Assembly (NCBI GenBank): GCA_973895155.1
Contig: OZ316898.1
Span: 4,278,480 to 4,342,479, forward strand
Direction of reading: 5' to 3'
DNA length: 64,000 bases
Origin: Marsupella aquatica
Taxonomy: Eukaryota > Plantae > Marchantiophyta
A program made the translations under genes and the position numbers. Of this stretch, positions 26,342-38,958 are shown piece after piece (the stretch's first letter is position 1; each line of letters begins with the position of its first letter). The notes below the pieces were generated by a model. That model saw only the letters and a program-made list of their open reading frames with translations. It was not told where the DNA came from and ran no database searches.

Positions 26342-29300
26342 TCAAACTGCTTTTGGTGACTCTTTTATTGCGTAGGTCTGCTGAAGGTACTCCACGATAT
26401 CAGCACTCTCAAACATGTTAACTCCGGTATTAGGATCTTCCAGATAGGGGGCCTGCATAGAGGAACACGGAGAGAGCCAGCATTCAACACAAAACTGAAT
26501 GGGTTACTGACATTAATAATCAAAACTACTTCTGACGGGAATATTGATACTTCTAGCAGCAGCGATTCTTAAGAAACCCAGTGCAACTATTGGGGTTTTG
26601 TCCAAACACCATTTATGATGGCATACGATTACATGATTAGGATATCTGCCACATAACACAACAGCAAGTTTACCTTTCGAAAAGTGGGTTCGCTCTTAAT
26701 AAAACACTTTTTGTTAGGAAAAATCTTGCCAGTCATTGACCTTGGGGCACCTCCCAATATCCTTGAGAGGGCCCCAGTATACCACAACAACCTATATGTG
26801 CCCGCAGCAAATAACCTTATAAGATTTGGGTACCTGGAAATGACCGACCCGTTGAAACAGTTCATCCCTCTTTTTACTTCCACGGGGAGTGCTGTGGAGA
26901 CAATAGAAGGGCGTATTAGTGTCCATGAAGACGGTGCATGAACTGTAGCAAAGAGCAATAGTAAGTACTGCTCTCCTCCCCCCCCTCTTCCCCTTCACAC
27001 ACACACACACACACAAGAAAAACAAACCCAGTCCGCCTCTAGACAAATGGTTCTGCACCACGATAGATTTTCTTGGTTCACAGAAGCAAATATGTCATGT
27101 CAAAACATACGAGAAGGTAATCAAGGGAGTGACCTGTAGTAATAATGCGGCAGCTCAAGTTCCACCAACTTTTCCCTCACAATCTTACAGAATGGGGATG
27201 CCTGTATAAGGAATAGGATGAACCTTCGATTTATTAGTTAATATTCATAAGTTTTAAATACTCATGCATGAATGACTTTTTGTTCAATGGAATCCGACGG
27301 GGCCAACTGACCAATGTAAACGGACTTCCCACAGACGACAGCCACAAGTCAGAAAATTTCGGTAGCAAACACGGGAAACTAAAGACAAATCAAGGTCCCC
27401 TATACACAAAAGGAGATGGGAAAGCAAGCTCGGCATTGACACTTCCTAAGCTCCTAACAAGCAACGGCGAGTCAGGAGTAAGCAAGGACCTCATAAGCCC
27501 ACAGTTTAAGGGGTTCAGCGGGGAGCCGCGATGGAGTATATCCTGATCCCTGCAGCAGCAGATTTGCAGAATATTTATGAAATTAATTTTGGAGGTTTAA
27601 GTTGGATAAAATGATTTCGCCCCGAGCTCAGAACGGCTGAGACGAGAGTAACTATCTAGGACCAGAAGTAAAAACTTGCTTCAACTTTGTCTGTCATTAT
27701 GAGAGCAAGTACTTACCTTTCCTGCTCGAGCAAGCATTGCAAAACCAGCTGTAATTGCCTGTATCGACAAGAAATTCAGATATGAGCTTTCTCATTTTTT
27801 TAGCGGTTTTTCATGAGGTAATTTTGCATATAACAATCAAGAAAGACGAGTTTCGTTCGTCCAACGAAAGTTATTATCTGTGGCCACTCTTCTTAGAAAA
27901 ATCTGTGACACAAGAAAGCTACGTCTACTCTGTTTCAAGAGTACTTCAATTTCTAAGGTAATTCATCAGTCTGAATGCTATTTCCCAGAGAGAAGACATA
28001 CCGTGATTGGACCCAGAGATAAAGCGAGTGGGACCTTTCCGTTTCCTGTTGGAATGAGGCAAAGCGAAGTAAAGCTATCAACAACTTAAAGAAAACAATG
28101 CATAGAAACGAAGAGTCCTGTCTTAAATTTAAAAAGGAATAACCAGACTATAACCAGAAGTTACAATACGCATCGTCCTGCAAACCTCTTTTTCTGAATT
28201 CCTCGCTAGGCATCGCACGATAAACCAAATAAACTGGCATGGACAGGTTACCATATTTTTCAACCAAATACTTGATGATATCATCTGACTCGTACATTGA
28301 TACTCCTGTGTTGGGATCAACCTGTCACCAATACTCACTTCCATTACTCGAGCCATACATTCTGGTGACAAGGCCCTACTGGATCGAATAACTTGCTGAT
28401 GAAGAGCTCAAACCAGCGACCAGGATACAGTCACATACCATATAGGGGAACTGGCTTTTCCCTCCCATCTGAATAGCCTTGGGCCGAAAATTTGGTCCAT
28501 TCTTTGGGGTCGGATAGTAAAGTACATCTAGATCCAAGATGGAAACAATTTCTCGAACCTGTTGAGTGTAAGATGTAAACTGGTCAGATACCTTTATCTT
28601 TGACTTTAAACAGATAGAGCGCGAGAGGAAGTTCTGGAGCCACCAACTAAGTTCAAGTGCGTGATATGTATATTAATTGTGTTGAAGTACCCATACTATT
28701 TTTACTTTCACTTCAGTTTCGAGGTGAACTTACTTATATTCCAGTCTCACGGAATCCAATTTAGTATAGTGCGGCCGAATTTAATGTCAACCAATATAAA
28801 TCACTACAACCCAATCAAGCTTATGTCCGATGGGACAGAACGTCGAAGAGGGCTGACATCTTGCAAGAATATGTCCCATCTGATTTTGGAATGTTCATAT
28901 TCCAGACAACATAGGTAAAAAATGACGAAGAGAGAGAATTGAGAGGAGTGGCAAACCTTCCGGCAAAAGGGGCAGCTGCAATCGTGATATGGCAAGGTTT
29001 ACAATACATTCCAAAAGCAAAAAGGTCAGTACCATTGGAAGACCCCATGCAAACACACCATTTTCCCAGTAGTATAAACTCCGATCCAAAACCAGACAAA
29101 AGTTGTGCCGTTTATTGAGTATACTGTTGAACATCAAAATCGCCGATAGCAGGCCTTTCATTGGAAACTCACCCCTCGAATTCATATAGCTCAATGGGCA
29201 GCTCCGGTCTTGGACCTGGGCTACCTGTTTCCAGAGTCTTACGCCCTGGACATTCGCAATCCATTTCATTGTCAGTGTTCTGATGATGACCATCCACAAC

Positions 29301-30793
29301 CACAGAATATCATGTAAGGCCATCATGCAAGCCAGCTAGACAAGAACGAGATCGCACGATGGTCAAAGATAGGACGGTGCTCGTCATTACCAGCAACCTC
29401 GAACGACGAATGGCGGTCACCAGGAAATTCATTAGACGGCACCAAAGTCACTTTGTATCTGCAAAATCAACAGACACCGCCATGGTTGGCACACAATGGA
29501 AACCCCATCACGAGGCAAGAGGGAAAAAACCACGATGAATGGAACATCTTTGCAAAGTCAAAGCCAACCCACACCCCGTGTGTCCATAGCACGACTTGTG
29601 GACCCTTGAGTTTCTTTCCTTCGAAATTCAAAACTCAGAGAATTTCTTATCAGATTGTCTCAATCTGAAAGCTTGACTTGATATTTGAAATTGAACTTAA
29701 AGAATTCAATGTTCAGAACCAGGGTCTAATAACCCCTTTCCAAAACTATTAGTAGCAGCAGTAGTGGTGGAAGCTGCAGTAGAATCTACGGATATAATAT
29801 TCTCACTGCTCCTGTATATATCATTTTATGGAAGTTCCCGTGTGCACATTCCATAATAACACAACCCACGTTACAGCCCTTGGTCACAGTAGACGACTTC
29901 ATTGCGTTCATTCGTGCATTCTCCCCCAGTATGGCCAAATCGAACCTGCCGGGCAAACTTATGTCTACCGAGTAGCGAGTGTGCGCATTGACTACAGTGT
30001 CAGAGCGGGAATAAGTGCTTGCGAGAAGCAAAACCCAGACTTAGGACAAACTTGTAGTCGTCCGATGAAATTGCTGCTGACTATGCAGAAAGATCAATTC
30101 CACCCAATTCTTTCCTTTGGTTTTCAGTTTGATGAGTCCAGATCAGGCTCTAATTCAACAACAGCTCAGGTTCCGATTCTCATATCAACTTGGTAATTCT
30201 TAATGAAATTGACGGCTACCATGAATTGCACGATGAAGCGTGTGTACAGAGAGACTTACGAGTCCCATACAGCCACAGAAAAATGGGGCTTACCCTTGGA
30301 TAAAAGCACCGGAGCCAAAACGGAGAACGGTACCCACGGAGCCACCGAGGATATTGAGCAGCTGCCCCGATCGTACTTTGAAGCGCTCGGGAGCCTTGGT
30401 CCCCCACTGTTGTGCCCCAGACGAAGGCGCTGCAGTGGAGCCCTCCTGCTGCTCATCATTGTTCTTGTCCTCCGACGGAGGAGGTGGAGGATCTGCCACA
30501 GAGGAGGCACTCTGGGAGTCAGGGGAAACAGCGTGCAACGCAGACGACATGGACCACCTTGCAGCAGCAGCTGGAGTATCCACTGATGATGGAAATTGCG
30601 AATTTGTGAAGGTGGGGATTTTGGTCGAGGTCACGGAGGTCCTGAGCGTGCGTTGCTGTGCGCGTAGAAATGTCGGAAACCCAGTACAAGCTAATGACTG
30701 CATTTTCCCTGCTTCTGCTCCTCCTCCACCTCCTCCTGCTGTCGTCGTTCCAGCCACTGCTACCAATGTTGTCACCGCTGTGGTGGCAGCCAT
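26342..30793 (-). CDS. Plastid-type thioredoxin-fold protein with two glutaredoxin/GST-N-like domains (At5g03880-like), ~410 aa, 12 coding exons
   Basis: Exons 30793-30294, 29458-29391, 29245-29173, 28975-28957, 28558-28439, 28321-28252, 28045-28002, 27758-27717, 27549-27490, 27201-27134, 26891-26834, 26452-26342 splice in phase with GT-AG ends. Motifs: PRPELPIELYEFEGCPFCRKVRE, QFPYMVDPNTGVSMYESDDIIKYL, WAYEASPFCKIVRE, FQAPYLEDPNTG. The A/S/T-rich N-terminus resembles a transit peptide. Confidence 0.93.
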
Positions 30794-31007
30794 AGCCACT
30801 GCTTGCTCCGTATAATTACCTTTCTCCCTCCACCCACTTTCGTTCTTTCTGAATCTGGGTATTTCTCCTCGAGCTTCGAATGGTTCTCCTCCACGCTCGG
30901 CTCTGGAATTCTGGATGAATCTGATCGGATGATGAGGTTATTTATTTTAGGTACGTGTGAGGAAGAAAGAAAGGGCGTCAATGTGGCACAATTTTGTCCT
31001 CGCCAAA

Positions 31008-31347
31008 GCCATACATGCCAAGAATCCAATAGTGGGTCTCAAACTGAAAATTTGATGTTTGATGTACCTTAACTTAGTAATCAAGGTTACCCACAACAGC
31101 CATACATGGGAACAATCCAATAGGGGGTCTCAAATCTCAAATTTTGATGGACCCATAATTTAGTAATTAAGTTACCCACATAAGCCAAGAATTCCAATAG
31201 GGGGTCTCAAATCTCAAAGTTTGATGTACCTTAACTTAGTAATTAATAATTAAGGCTACCCACTAAAACCAGACATGCAAAGAATCCTACTGAGGGTCTC
31301 AAATGTCAAAATTTGATGGAGCTGAACTTAGTAATTAAGGTTTCCCA
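31008..31347. repeat. Diverged ~80-90-bp tandem array (x4) just upstream of the thioredoxin-fold gene
   Basis: Recurrent ATCCAATAG(G/T)GGGTCTCAAA...TTTGATG...CTTAACTTAGTAAT..AGGTTACCCAC. A related inverted fragment lies near 59995-60020. Confidence 0.75.
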
Positions 31348-32423
31348 TAGAAAAAGTTGATCTGTAACTTTCTGCCAGGTCATATGCTATGACCATAAGT
31401 CACTCTAAAGGCTAGTGAAGACAAAACTTTTGTATAATCCTGTGAAAAACTATGGCCAAAAGCCATCATCCCTAGCTATGAAGCTATGCTCTAATAGGGT
31501 GTGTCAAAGCACTGCCATATGCAAAGTCAAATGGTTGTGACTTTTTGGCAGTACTCTGATCCTTAGTGGGCAAGTCTATAGGTGCCCATAAGGTTTTTGT
31601 CATGGCCATAAAACCATTCTATCGTCATACTTCAATTAATTAAGCCCTATATAGACACACCTTATTATGTATCCTTGTTTTAGAGGGCTGTCTACCGTAA
31701 TTGTTGAGTTGAGATTTTTTCCAGTGGGAATATTTGCCTAATCCCATCTCACTTGAAAGTTTTGCACTTTTTGGCCAAAAATTCGACCAGATATTTTGGA
31801 TTAGATTAGCCAATTTTCCACCTAGCTACCAACCCCATAGCTAGAATCTGATGATTCTCATTTTAAATCTAGGATATCTAATGGTCAGAAATTACTCTAA
31901 AAAAAAAGATAAGGAATATTCTTAGCATGTTCTCCTTCACACAGTGACATGTGCCACCCTGGCTGAAATGAAAGTTCTATGAAGCCAGTTTGGTTTTGGG
32001 AGGACCCAGAACTGGATATTACACTGTTCACTCCTATTACTCTTATGAATCCTCTTTGAGTGACTCCACAGAATTTAGACAGCTGCAGGTTGTAGGCTTA
32101 CCAAGGTTAATTTTGGAGTGCCACTTTGATCTGTGCATTAAATAATAATTGGCTACAATCATTTTCAGGTATGCAAGAAAGAGCAAATCACTGTGACATT
32201 TTTTGAACAATTGTATTTGTATTGGGTTGTTAAAATTTTAGGGCCGAGGACCTATGAATTCACATATTCAAAACTGAAAAGTTAAGTTTCAGGGTACATT
32301 TCGATGAATGACCAAATCAGTTTGGGAAACCAACATTCACTAATCACTAGGCAAATCCCTTTGGCCATTCCAGCATGGAGACTTTTTTTGACTCAGGAAA
32401 GTCAGAATAAACCATATAATAAT

Positions 32424-32753
32424 TGTTGAACTAAGACGTCATTCGCAACGACCATAAAACCATGACTTATTCCATGCACACGTAGTCGACACAATCTCTA
32501 CGTGGTTCACCTCTTCTCCAAGGCTACGTCCACACGAACACTCAAGCTTTACTTCAAGAGTAAACGAACACACATGCTCTCCCTCTTCCTCAAGTTGCTC
32601 CGTTACAAAATGAGTATGCACCACTCACCAGCGGCTTACACTAGCCCATATACAAGGTCACACACGACTAACCTAACCTCAGCTAAGACCCTAACTGTGG
32701 TTAGCCTAAGTGCCGTAATCTTTGAGTCACAAGACTAAGAGCAATCCTTAACA
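32424..32753 (-). repeat. 3' LTR (330 bp)
   Basis: TGTTGAACTAAG...CCTTAACA; 6 substitutions versus the other LTR by manual comparison. Confidence 0.97.
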
Positions 32754-32755
32754 AA

Positions 32756-32770
32756 CTCCCCCTTGACTCT
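32756..32770 (-). other. Polypurine tract
   Basis: Minus strand AGAGTCAAGGGGGAG, 2 nt before the 3' LTR. Confidence 0.9.
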
Positions 32771-32957
32771 AGTCTTGGGGACTGCAATTTCTGCTATCCA
32801 TATGAGATACTCAGCGGGAAATTCTAGACAATCACCTAAAACCATAGGTGTCCCCCTAAAAACCATTTAAGGTTAACTAAGAGTTAACTAGAATTAAGCC
32901 GTAGCCATAACAGGATTGAGTAACTCATATACAGAAATCACATCTTGTTAAGTTACT

Positions 32958-35900
32958 CTACTTGTGTTGCAAATGCAAAACCTGCAAAGTAGCACGGTGT
33001 CTTGAGTAACTCTCCAAAGGAATCACTTTGGTAAAAGCATCAGCCGGGTTGAGTTTTCCATCAATCTTGACTAGCTTAAACATTTTATCAGACACTGCTT
33101 GCCTAATAAAATGGTACCTGATGTCAATGTGCTTCACCCTGCTATCCATCACCTGGTTAATAGCTAGGTGAAGCACACTCTGGCTGTCACAATGAAGAGC
33201 CATTTTTCCATGCTCCAATCCCATCTCAGTGACCAGCTTATCCAACCAAATTGCTTCCTTTGCTGCTTCTGTTGCTGCAACATATTCTGCTTCTGTAGTA
33301 GACTGAGATACACACTTCTGCAAGGTAGATCTCCAACTTATGCATCCTCCTCCAAGAGTAAACACATACCCAGTCGTTGGCCTCCTTGTTTCCAGACAGC
33401 CTCTGTAGTCAAAATCTACATAGCCAACCAATGATTTGGTTTTGTTTGATTTACTATCAAACAACAGACCATAGTCTATTGTGCCTTTAAGATACCTGAG
33501 AATCCATTTCACAGCCTCCCAATGTACCTTCCCTGGATTTGACATGAATCTACTCACTTTGCCCATTGCTAGGGCTAGATCAGGCCTGGTACATGTCATC
33601 AAATACATTAGACTGCCCACTGCCTTCTCATAAGGAACCTTAGTCATCAAGCCTCTCTCCACTGGATCCGTGGGGCAGAAAGCCGATGATAACTTGAAAT
33701 GTGGAGCCAAAGGAATACTTACTGGCTTACAATTTTCCATGTTGAATCTTGCAAGTACCTTTTCAGCATACTTGCCTTGATTCAGCCACAATTGTCCAGT
33801 TTCAAAGTTCCTTGCAATCTCCATACCTAAGATCCTTTTGGCTTTCCCAAGATCCTTCATTCAAAATTCAGAACTCAATTTTTCTTTGAGTTTGTCAACC
33901 TCAGTTTGATCCTTAGCCGCAATCAACATGTCATCCACATAGAGCACCAAAATGAGCAAACCAAACACACCATTCTTGACTGATTTCGTATACACACAAG
34001 GGTCATACACCATCCTAGTGAATCCTTGTGCAAGCATGAAATCATCAAACCGCTTGTTCCACTGTCGAGGAGCTTGCTTCAATCCATACAAGGACTTAAG
34101 CAACCTGCAAACTAAACTCTCTTGGCCCTTCTTCACAAAGCCCAGTGGTTGCCTCATGAAAATTTGTTCTTCCAAGGTGCCATAGAGAAAAGCAGTAACA
34201 ACATCCATTTGATCTAACACCAGATCAAAAAACATAACAAGTTGACACAAAATTCGTATCGTGGAATACTTGGCAACTGGAGAGAAGACCTCATTGTAAT
34301 CCACTCCCTTCTCTTGAGTGAATCCCTTGGCAACAAGCCTTGCCTTGTATATCTTGTCTCCTCCATCTGAAGAGTTGTCCTTCAGCTTGTAAATCCACTT
34401 GCTATCCATCACTTGTTGATCACTTGGCAGCTGCACCAGCTCCCATGTTCTGTTATCACTTAAAGATTGCAACTCCCTCTGCATCGCTGCATTCCATTCA
34501 TCTTTCTCGTCTGAAATGCACGCCTCATGATAAGAAAAAGGTTCTCCTTCTTCCAAGATCAGTGCTCTGTCATCATCTTCAGGTGCAATGTCAACATCAT
34601 CTAACCTTGATAAATCTGTCCATTGTCCATACCTTGTAGGAGCTCGAGTAGTACGTCTCGATTTTCTAGCTGATGATTCTGGTTGATCTTGTTCTGTTGG
34701 TTGAATTTGAGGTATTCCAACAACAACCTGCTCCTCTTGTTCCAATACCGAAACCAGCTCCATTCTCGGAGCACCTCCTTCATTTATGTCATGAAAACTC
34801 TCATGACCAATCTCCCCCACAACATGGTCCAGGATAGGAGATTTACCTTTGTCAGTACGGGAAGCCTGAGCATCCTCCCCCTCCTTTGATGATCTGGATT
34901 CATTAAATGATATATCTCTACTGACAAGCAATGTACAAGCTTTTGGATCCCATAGCCTGTAACCTTTCACACCTGGTTGATAACCAAGAAAAAGACAATT
35001 TTTGGAAGTAGAATCTAGTTTAGATCGATTTTGTTTAGGTGTGAGAGCATATGCATCACTTCCAAAGACTCTCAAAACCTGATAGTCTGCGTGCCGTCCA
35101 TACCTCATTTCAAATGGCATCTTGAAATTGATTGCACTTGAAGGAGAAAGATTTACCAAATAAGTTGCCGTATTTATAGCTTCAGTCCAAAATTCATGCG
35201 GTAAACCTGGTTGGCTCAACATACTCCTCGATCGCTCCAATAGTGTTCGGTTTAGCCGCTCACAAACACCATTCTGTTGAGGAGTATAAATTGTCGTGAG
35301 ATGACGAGTAATCCCTTGCTCTGCACAATATAGTTCAAATTCACTTGAACTGTACTCTCCGCCGTTATCTGATCGCAGATATCTCACCTTGGATCCAGTC
35401 TGATTCTCAATTTGGACTTTCCACTTCTTAAAAGTGCCAAAAACTTCAGACTTGGCGTGTAGAAATGTGATCCACACATACCGTGAGTAATCATCAATGA
35501 ACGTGACATAGTACAATTTTCCATAAAGTGAGGGAGTTGGGGCTGGACCCCACACATCACTATGTACATACTCAAGTATAGCTTTGGTATTGTGAGTTCC
35601 AACACCAAAGGTTCTCCTGTGCTGCTTCCCAAGCACACAGTGTTCACAAAAATCTAGCTTAGTAGATTCCAAATTAGAAAGAAGTCCTTTCCTGCGAAGT
35701 ACTGCCAAACCCGTTTTACTCATGTGTCCTAATCTGCAGTGCCACAACTGAGTCATCTCGCATTGAGATCTAGTTACACTGGCTTCTTCACAAATCACGT
35801 TGCCCTCCAACAGGTATAGATTCTTGTGCCGCTTACCCTTCATGACAACCTTGCCTCCGGTTGATACTTGAAGAATACCATCAGCAGAACTCCACCGACA

Positions 35901-36185
35901 TCCATTTGCTTCCAGCATTCCAAGAGAAATCAAGTTCTTTTTCATGTCAGGTATGTGTCTAACATTACTCACTGTTCGCACAGCTCCATCAAACATCCGA
36001 ATTTTCACGGATCCAATTCCAATAATTTGACAAGGATGATCATTCCCCATCAACACGGAACCGGTTGATACTGAGTAAGAACTAAAAAACTCTTTCATAC
36101 AACAAATATGATAGGTACAGGCACAGTCTAAAATCCATTCATCACCGTTGTTACTGGATGAAATGCAAAGGGCAACATCTTGACT
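32958..36185 (-). pseudogene. pol: Copia pol (protease-integrase-RT-RNase H) interrupted by an in-frame TGA at 33861-33863
   Basis: WILDCACTYH (PR); WHCRLGH...CEHC, SDVWG, RSDNGGE, NGVCER, GVKGY (INT); KARLVAKGF, YVDD (RT); TEAEY, HCDSQS, NPADAFTK (RH). SEF*MKDLG is broken by a stop. Confidence 0.93.
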
Positions 36186-37088
36186 TCACAAGATTTCATC
36201 ATCAAGCAAGTCAATCATATCAACATCAGTGGCTGCGTTCGCTGATGGTTGATGTGTCTGCTTGACTCGACAGTCTCGTTTCATGTGGCCAGACTTGTTA
36301 CATTTCCAACATATAATTGGTTTCCTTTCTAGAGATTTCTCTCTAGACCTGGATCTAGACTTAGATCGAGCCTTCTCCTTGCCTCTATTCTGTGAGGGGT
36401 ACGTTTGTGAAAAGGACCTATTTTCGCTAGTCATCCGCTGTTGAGTCCTCCCGCGGTTCACATTCAATGCACTGCCAGATGAAGATGGTGTCTGGGTATG
36501 ACCCAGTTTCTTCTGTGCATCATCTGACAGCAAAGAGCTTACCACCTCATCATATGAAATAGTTTTGAGGTCTCTATACAAGAGAACCTGCTTCAAACCT
36601 TGATACGATGGGGGTAAGGAGTTGAGAAGAAGAATTGTCTTATCTTCATCTTCCACTCCCTTGCCAAGATTTGATAAATCTACAGCTAGGCTGTCGAATT
36701 CATCCAAATGATCTCGAAGCTTGCCTCCTTCTTTTAGCCTCAAGCTCATCAAGAGAGACTTCTTGTACAACCGATCTGAGGCATCCTCTCGGTAGTACTT
36801 CTCTCTGAGGGCCTTGAATAAGGATACGCAATCCTCGTAGTCGTCCAGCTTCTTAATGATATGCGGCTTCAGATACAGCATAACCGCATTCATAACAATC
36901 ACTTGCTCTTGCCTCCATTTCCTCAACGGGATCTCCTCCTCACTGCTAGACTCCTCCCGAGTCGATAGCAGATGATCTAGGCCCATAGCACGAAGAATTC
37001 TCTTAACCTGCTTCTCCCATAGCAAATAATTTGTGCGCCCATCATATTTTTCCACCTCAAACTTGACACCTCCAAACTTGGATGCCAT
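36186..37088 (-). CDS. gag: Copia Gag with CCHC zinc knuckle
   Basis: ATG at 37088: MASKFGGVKFEVEKYDGRTNYLLW..., LLNSLPPSY, CWKCNKSGHMKRDC. It ends in a TGA in frame with pol. Confidence 0.92.
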   Translation of the reverse strand: MASKFGGVKFEVEKYDGRTNYLLWEKQVKRILRAMGLDHLLSTREESSSEEEIPLRKWRQEQVIVMNAVMLYLKPHIIKKLDDYEDCVSLFKALREKYYREDASDRLYKKSLLMSLRLKEGGKLRDHLDEFDSLAVDLSNLGKGVEDEDKTILLLNSLPPSYQGLKQVLLYRDLKTISYDEVVSSLLSDDAQKKLGHTQTPSSSGSALNVNRGRTQQRMTSENRSFSQTYPSQNRGKEKARSKSRSRSREKSLERKPIICWKCNKSGHMKRDCRVKQTHQPSANAATDVDMIDLLDDEIL

Positions 37089-38944
37089 CGTTGTCCTCCC
37101 AACGTTCTCCACGTGCTATTGTTGTGCTGCTCCCTATATGCTTTTTCCTTCCTTCCTTCTCGTTGACTCAAATCCAAATCACGAAAAAATGTCGTTTTTC
37201 ACAACTTTCCAAAAAACTTGAAACTTGTCACTGCCACGTAGCCCACCAGCCTAGCAAGCCAATGCTGAAATCCAAAATTGAAATCGAGTTCCGACGAAAA
37301 ACTTTTTCACGTTTCGGTCGGGGTGGGTAAAACTCAAAAAAGTCTCCCCCGTTTTGACCACCTCGGGGAATAAGAAAAATTTTAAGTACCACCCGTCGTC
37401 AGAAATGCAAATCGAGTGGTGCACCGCGTTGCTAGCTTCAGTGGCTACGTCCTCGCCAAAAAAGATCCAAAAAAAGTTACCGTTCGGACCTTGGAATCTT
37501 CAACTAAAGGCCGAAAAATAGCTCTCTGTTTTTTCGGAATATTCCTTGGACTGTGCGGCAGGTCTCACAGGGGGCCATTCCCCCTGTCGAAGCGGTTAAA
37601 TTGCCGGGTGACCGGGCCCGGGATGTCGTTTAACCAATGGGAAGAGAGGATGAGAATTAAAATTTGGACCTTAAGGGGGTGCTAAGCCCCTTAGTAAAAA
37701 TACGGCCCTAAAAGGCGCACGAGGCCAGGCGGAGTATGGCATGAGGGAGGCGCAAATACGCGCTCCTATACGCGCGCCAAGAGAGGGCACGAGGCCCTAT
37801 GGAGCATTAATGAGGGGGGTATGCCAAGGGTCGCAAGGCGTGGGAGGATAACCGCTGACGAAGGGGAGGGAGAGGGTAAAATGGCTCGCGAGGGGAGGAA
37901 GGCTGGGCAGGCGAGTGCCAAGTGTGGGCACGAGGCCCTATGCACCGTTAATAGCCCACAAGGGAGGAGGAGGCGCATGGCAAGGCGAGGCGAGAGGGGA
38001 GGTGGGGCACGATGCCCTATGGAGGATTTAAGAGGGGGGGTGAGGTGTCGCAAAGGCAAGAGGGAGGGAGGAGGCGCGATAGGCTCAGTAAGGGGGGGGC
38101 GTATACAGGGCGTATACTCGCGCCCAAGGGGGGGTGGTGGCTTATACAGGGCAGCAGGGGTATACAAGTGCCCCCCAAAACCCCTAAAAGCCAACAAAAA
38201 AAAATTTAAAAAAAATGCCTCAAACAAAAATGCCGGGAACACACCTTGTCGCCGCCTTTTCCAACAAGAAAAGTGATCACCGCCGACGGGAAAAAGTTGC
38301 CAAATTTCACCGGCGCCGTCAGCAGCACCAGAAAGGGAAAAAATTTCTGTCACGTTGCCTTCACTCCGCGTCAAGTGCCAATCCCGGACTCAAAATGACC
38401 GCCTCACCGCGATCTCTCCTTTAAGCCGTAGCACTTCACGAATCTTCCTCCGAGTCGGACGTAACGACAAGAAACCCCGCTTCAGTCAAAAGAAGACTTC
38501 ATAGCCGGTCAGAAACTCAGAACGGCTCTTTTGCTCGGAACGTCGCACTCGCTACACCTTCGATAGTAGACCAGCTACCAAAATGATCAGCTTTGCCCGA
38601 TCTACGATTTGTGCTATAGTATGCGACGCCTCGCGCACCACTAAGCTCACACCGTCGGGAAAACGATCTCAGTTCCCCCCCAAAAGAACCGTCAAAGAAA
38701 ACCGTCGAACACGAATCACAAAAAATCCAGAACGACGGAAACGTGAATTCCTCCGCACCACGAACTCCGTTCAGAGATTTCTTTGCACCGTCGGAAAGCC
38801 CTTGCCCCGATCTATCCGTTGAGCCCAACACCTCCAAGTTCCATGCGATAGATCTCCGTGAAATCCACCAACTCTAACCGCTGGAAAAACCGTCACCAAC
38901 ACGTCACGAAAATTTTGATCACCTCAACATCACCTCCCAAGTTT

Positions 38945-38956
38945 GCTCTGATACCA
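38945..38956 (-). other. Primer-binding site for tRNA-iMet
   Basis: Minus strand TGGTATCAGAGC, 2 nt after the 5' LTR. Confidence 0.95.
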
Positions 38957-38958
38957 AT

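Noticed and set aside
30203-30815. Plus-strand ORFs of 127 and 191 aa
   Set aside because: They are antisense shadows of the GC-rich first exon of the thioredoxin-fold gene.
32439-32738. Short ORFs repeated at 38974-39273
   Set aside because: They are incidental ORFs inside the two LTR copies.
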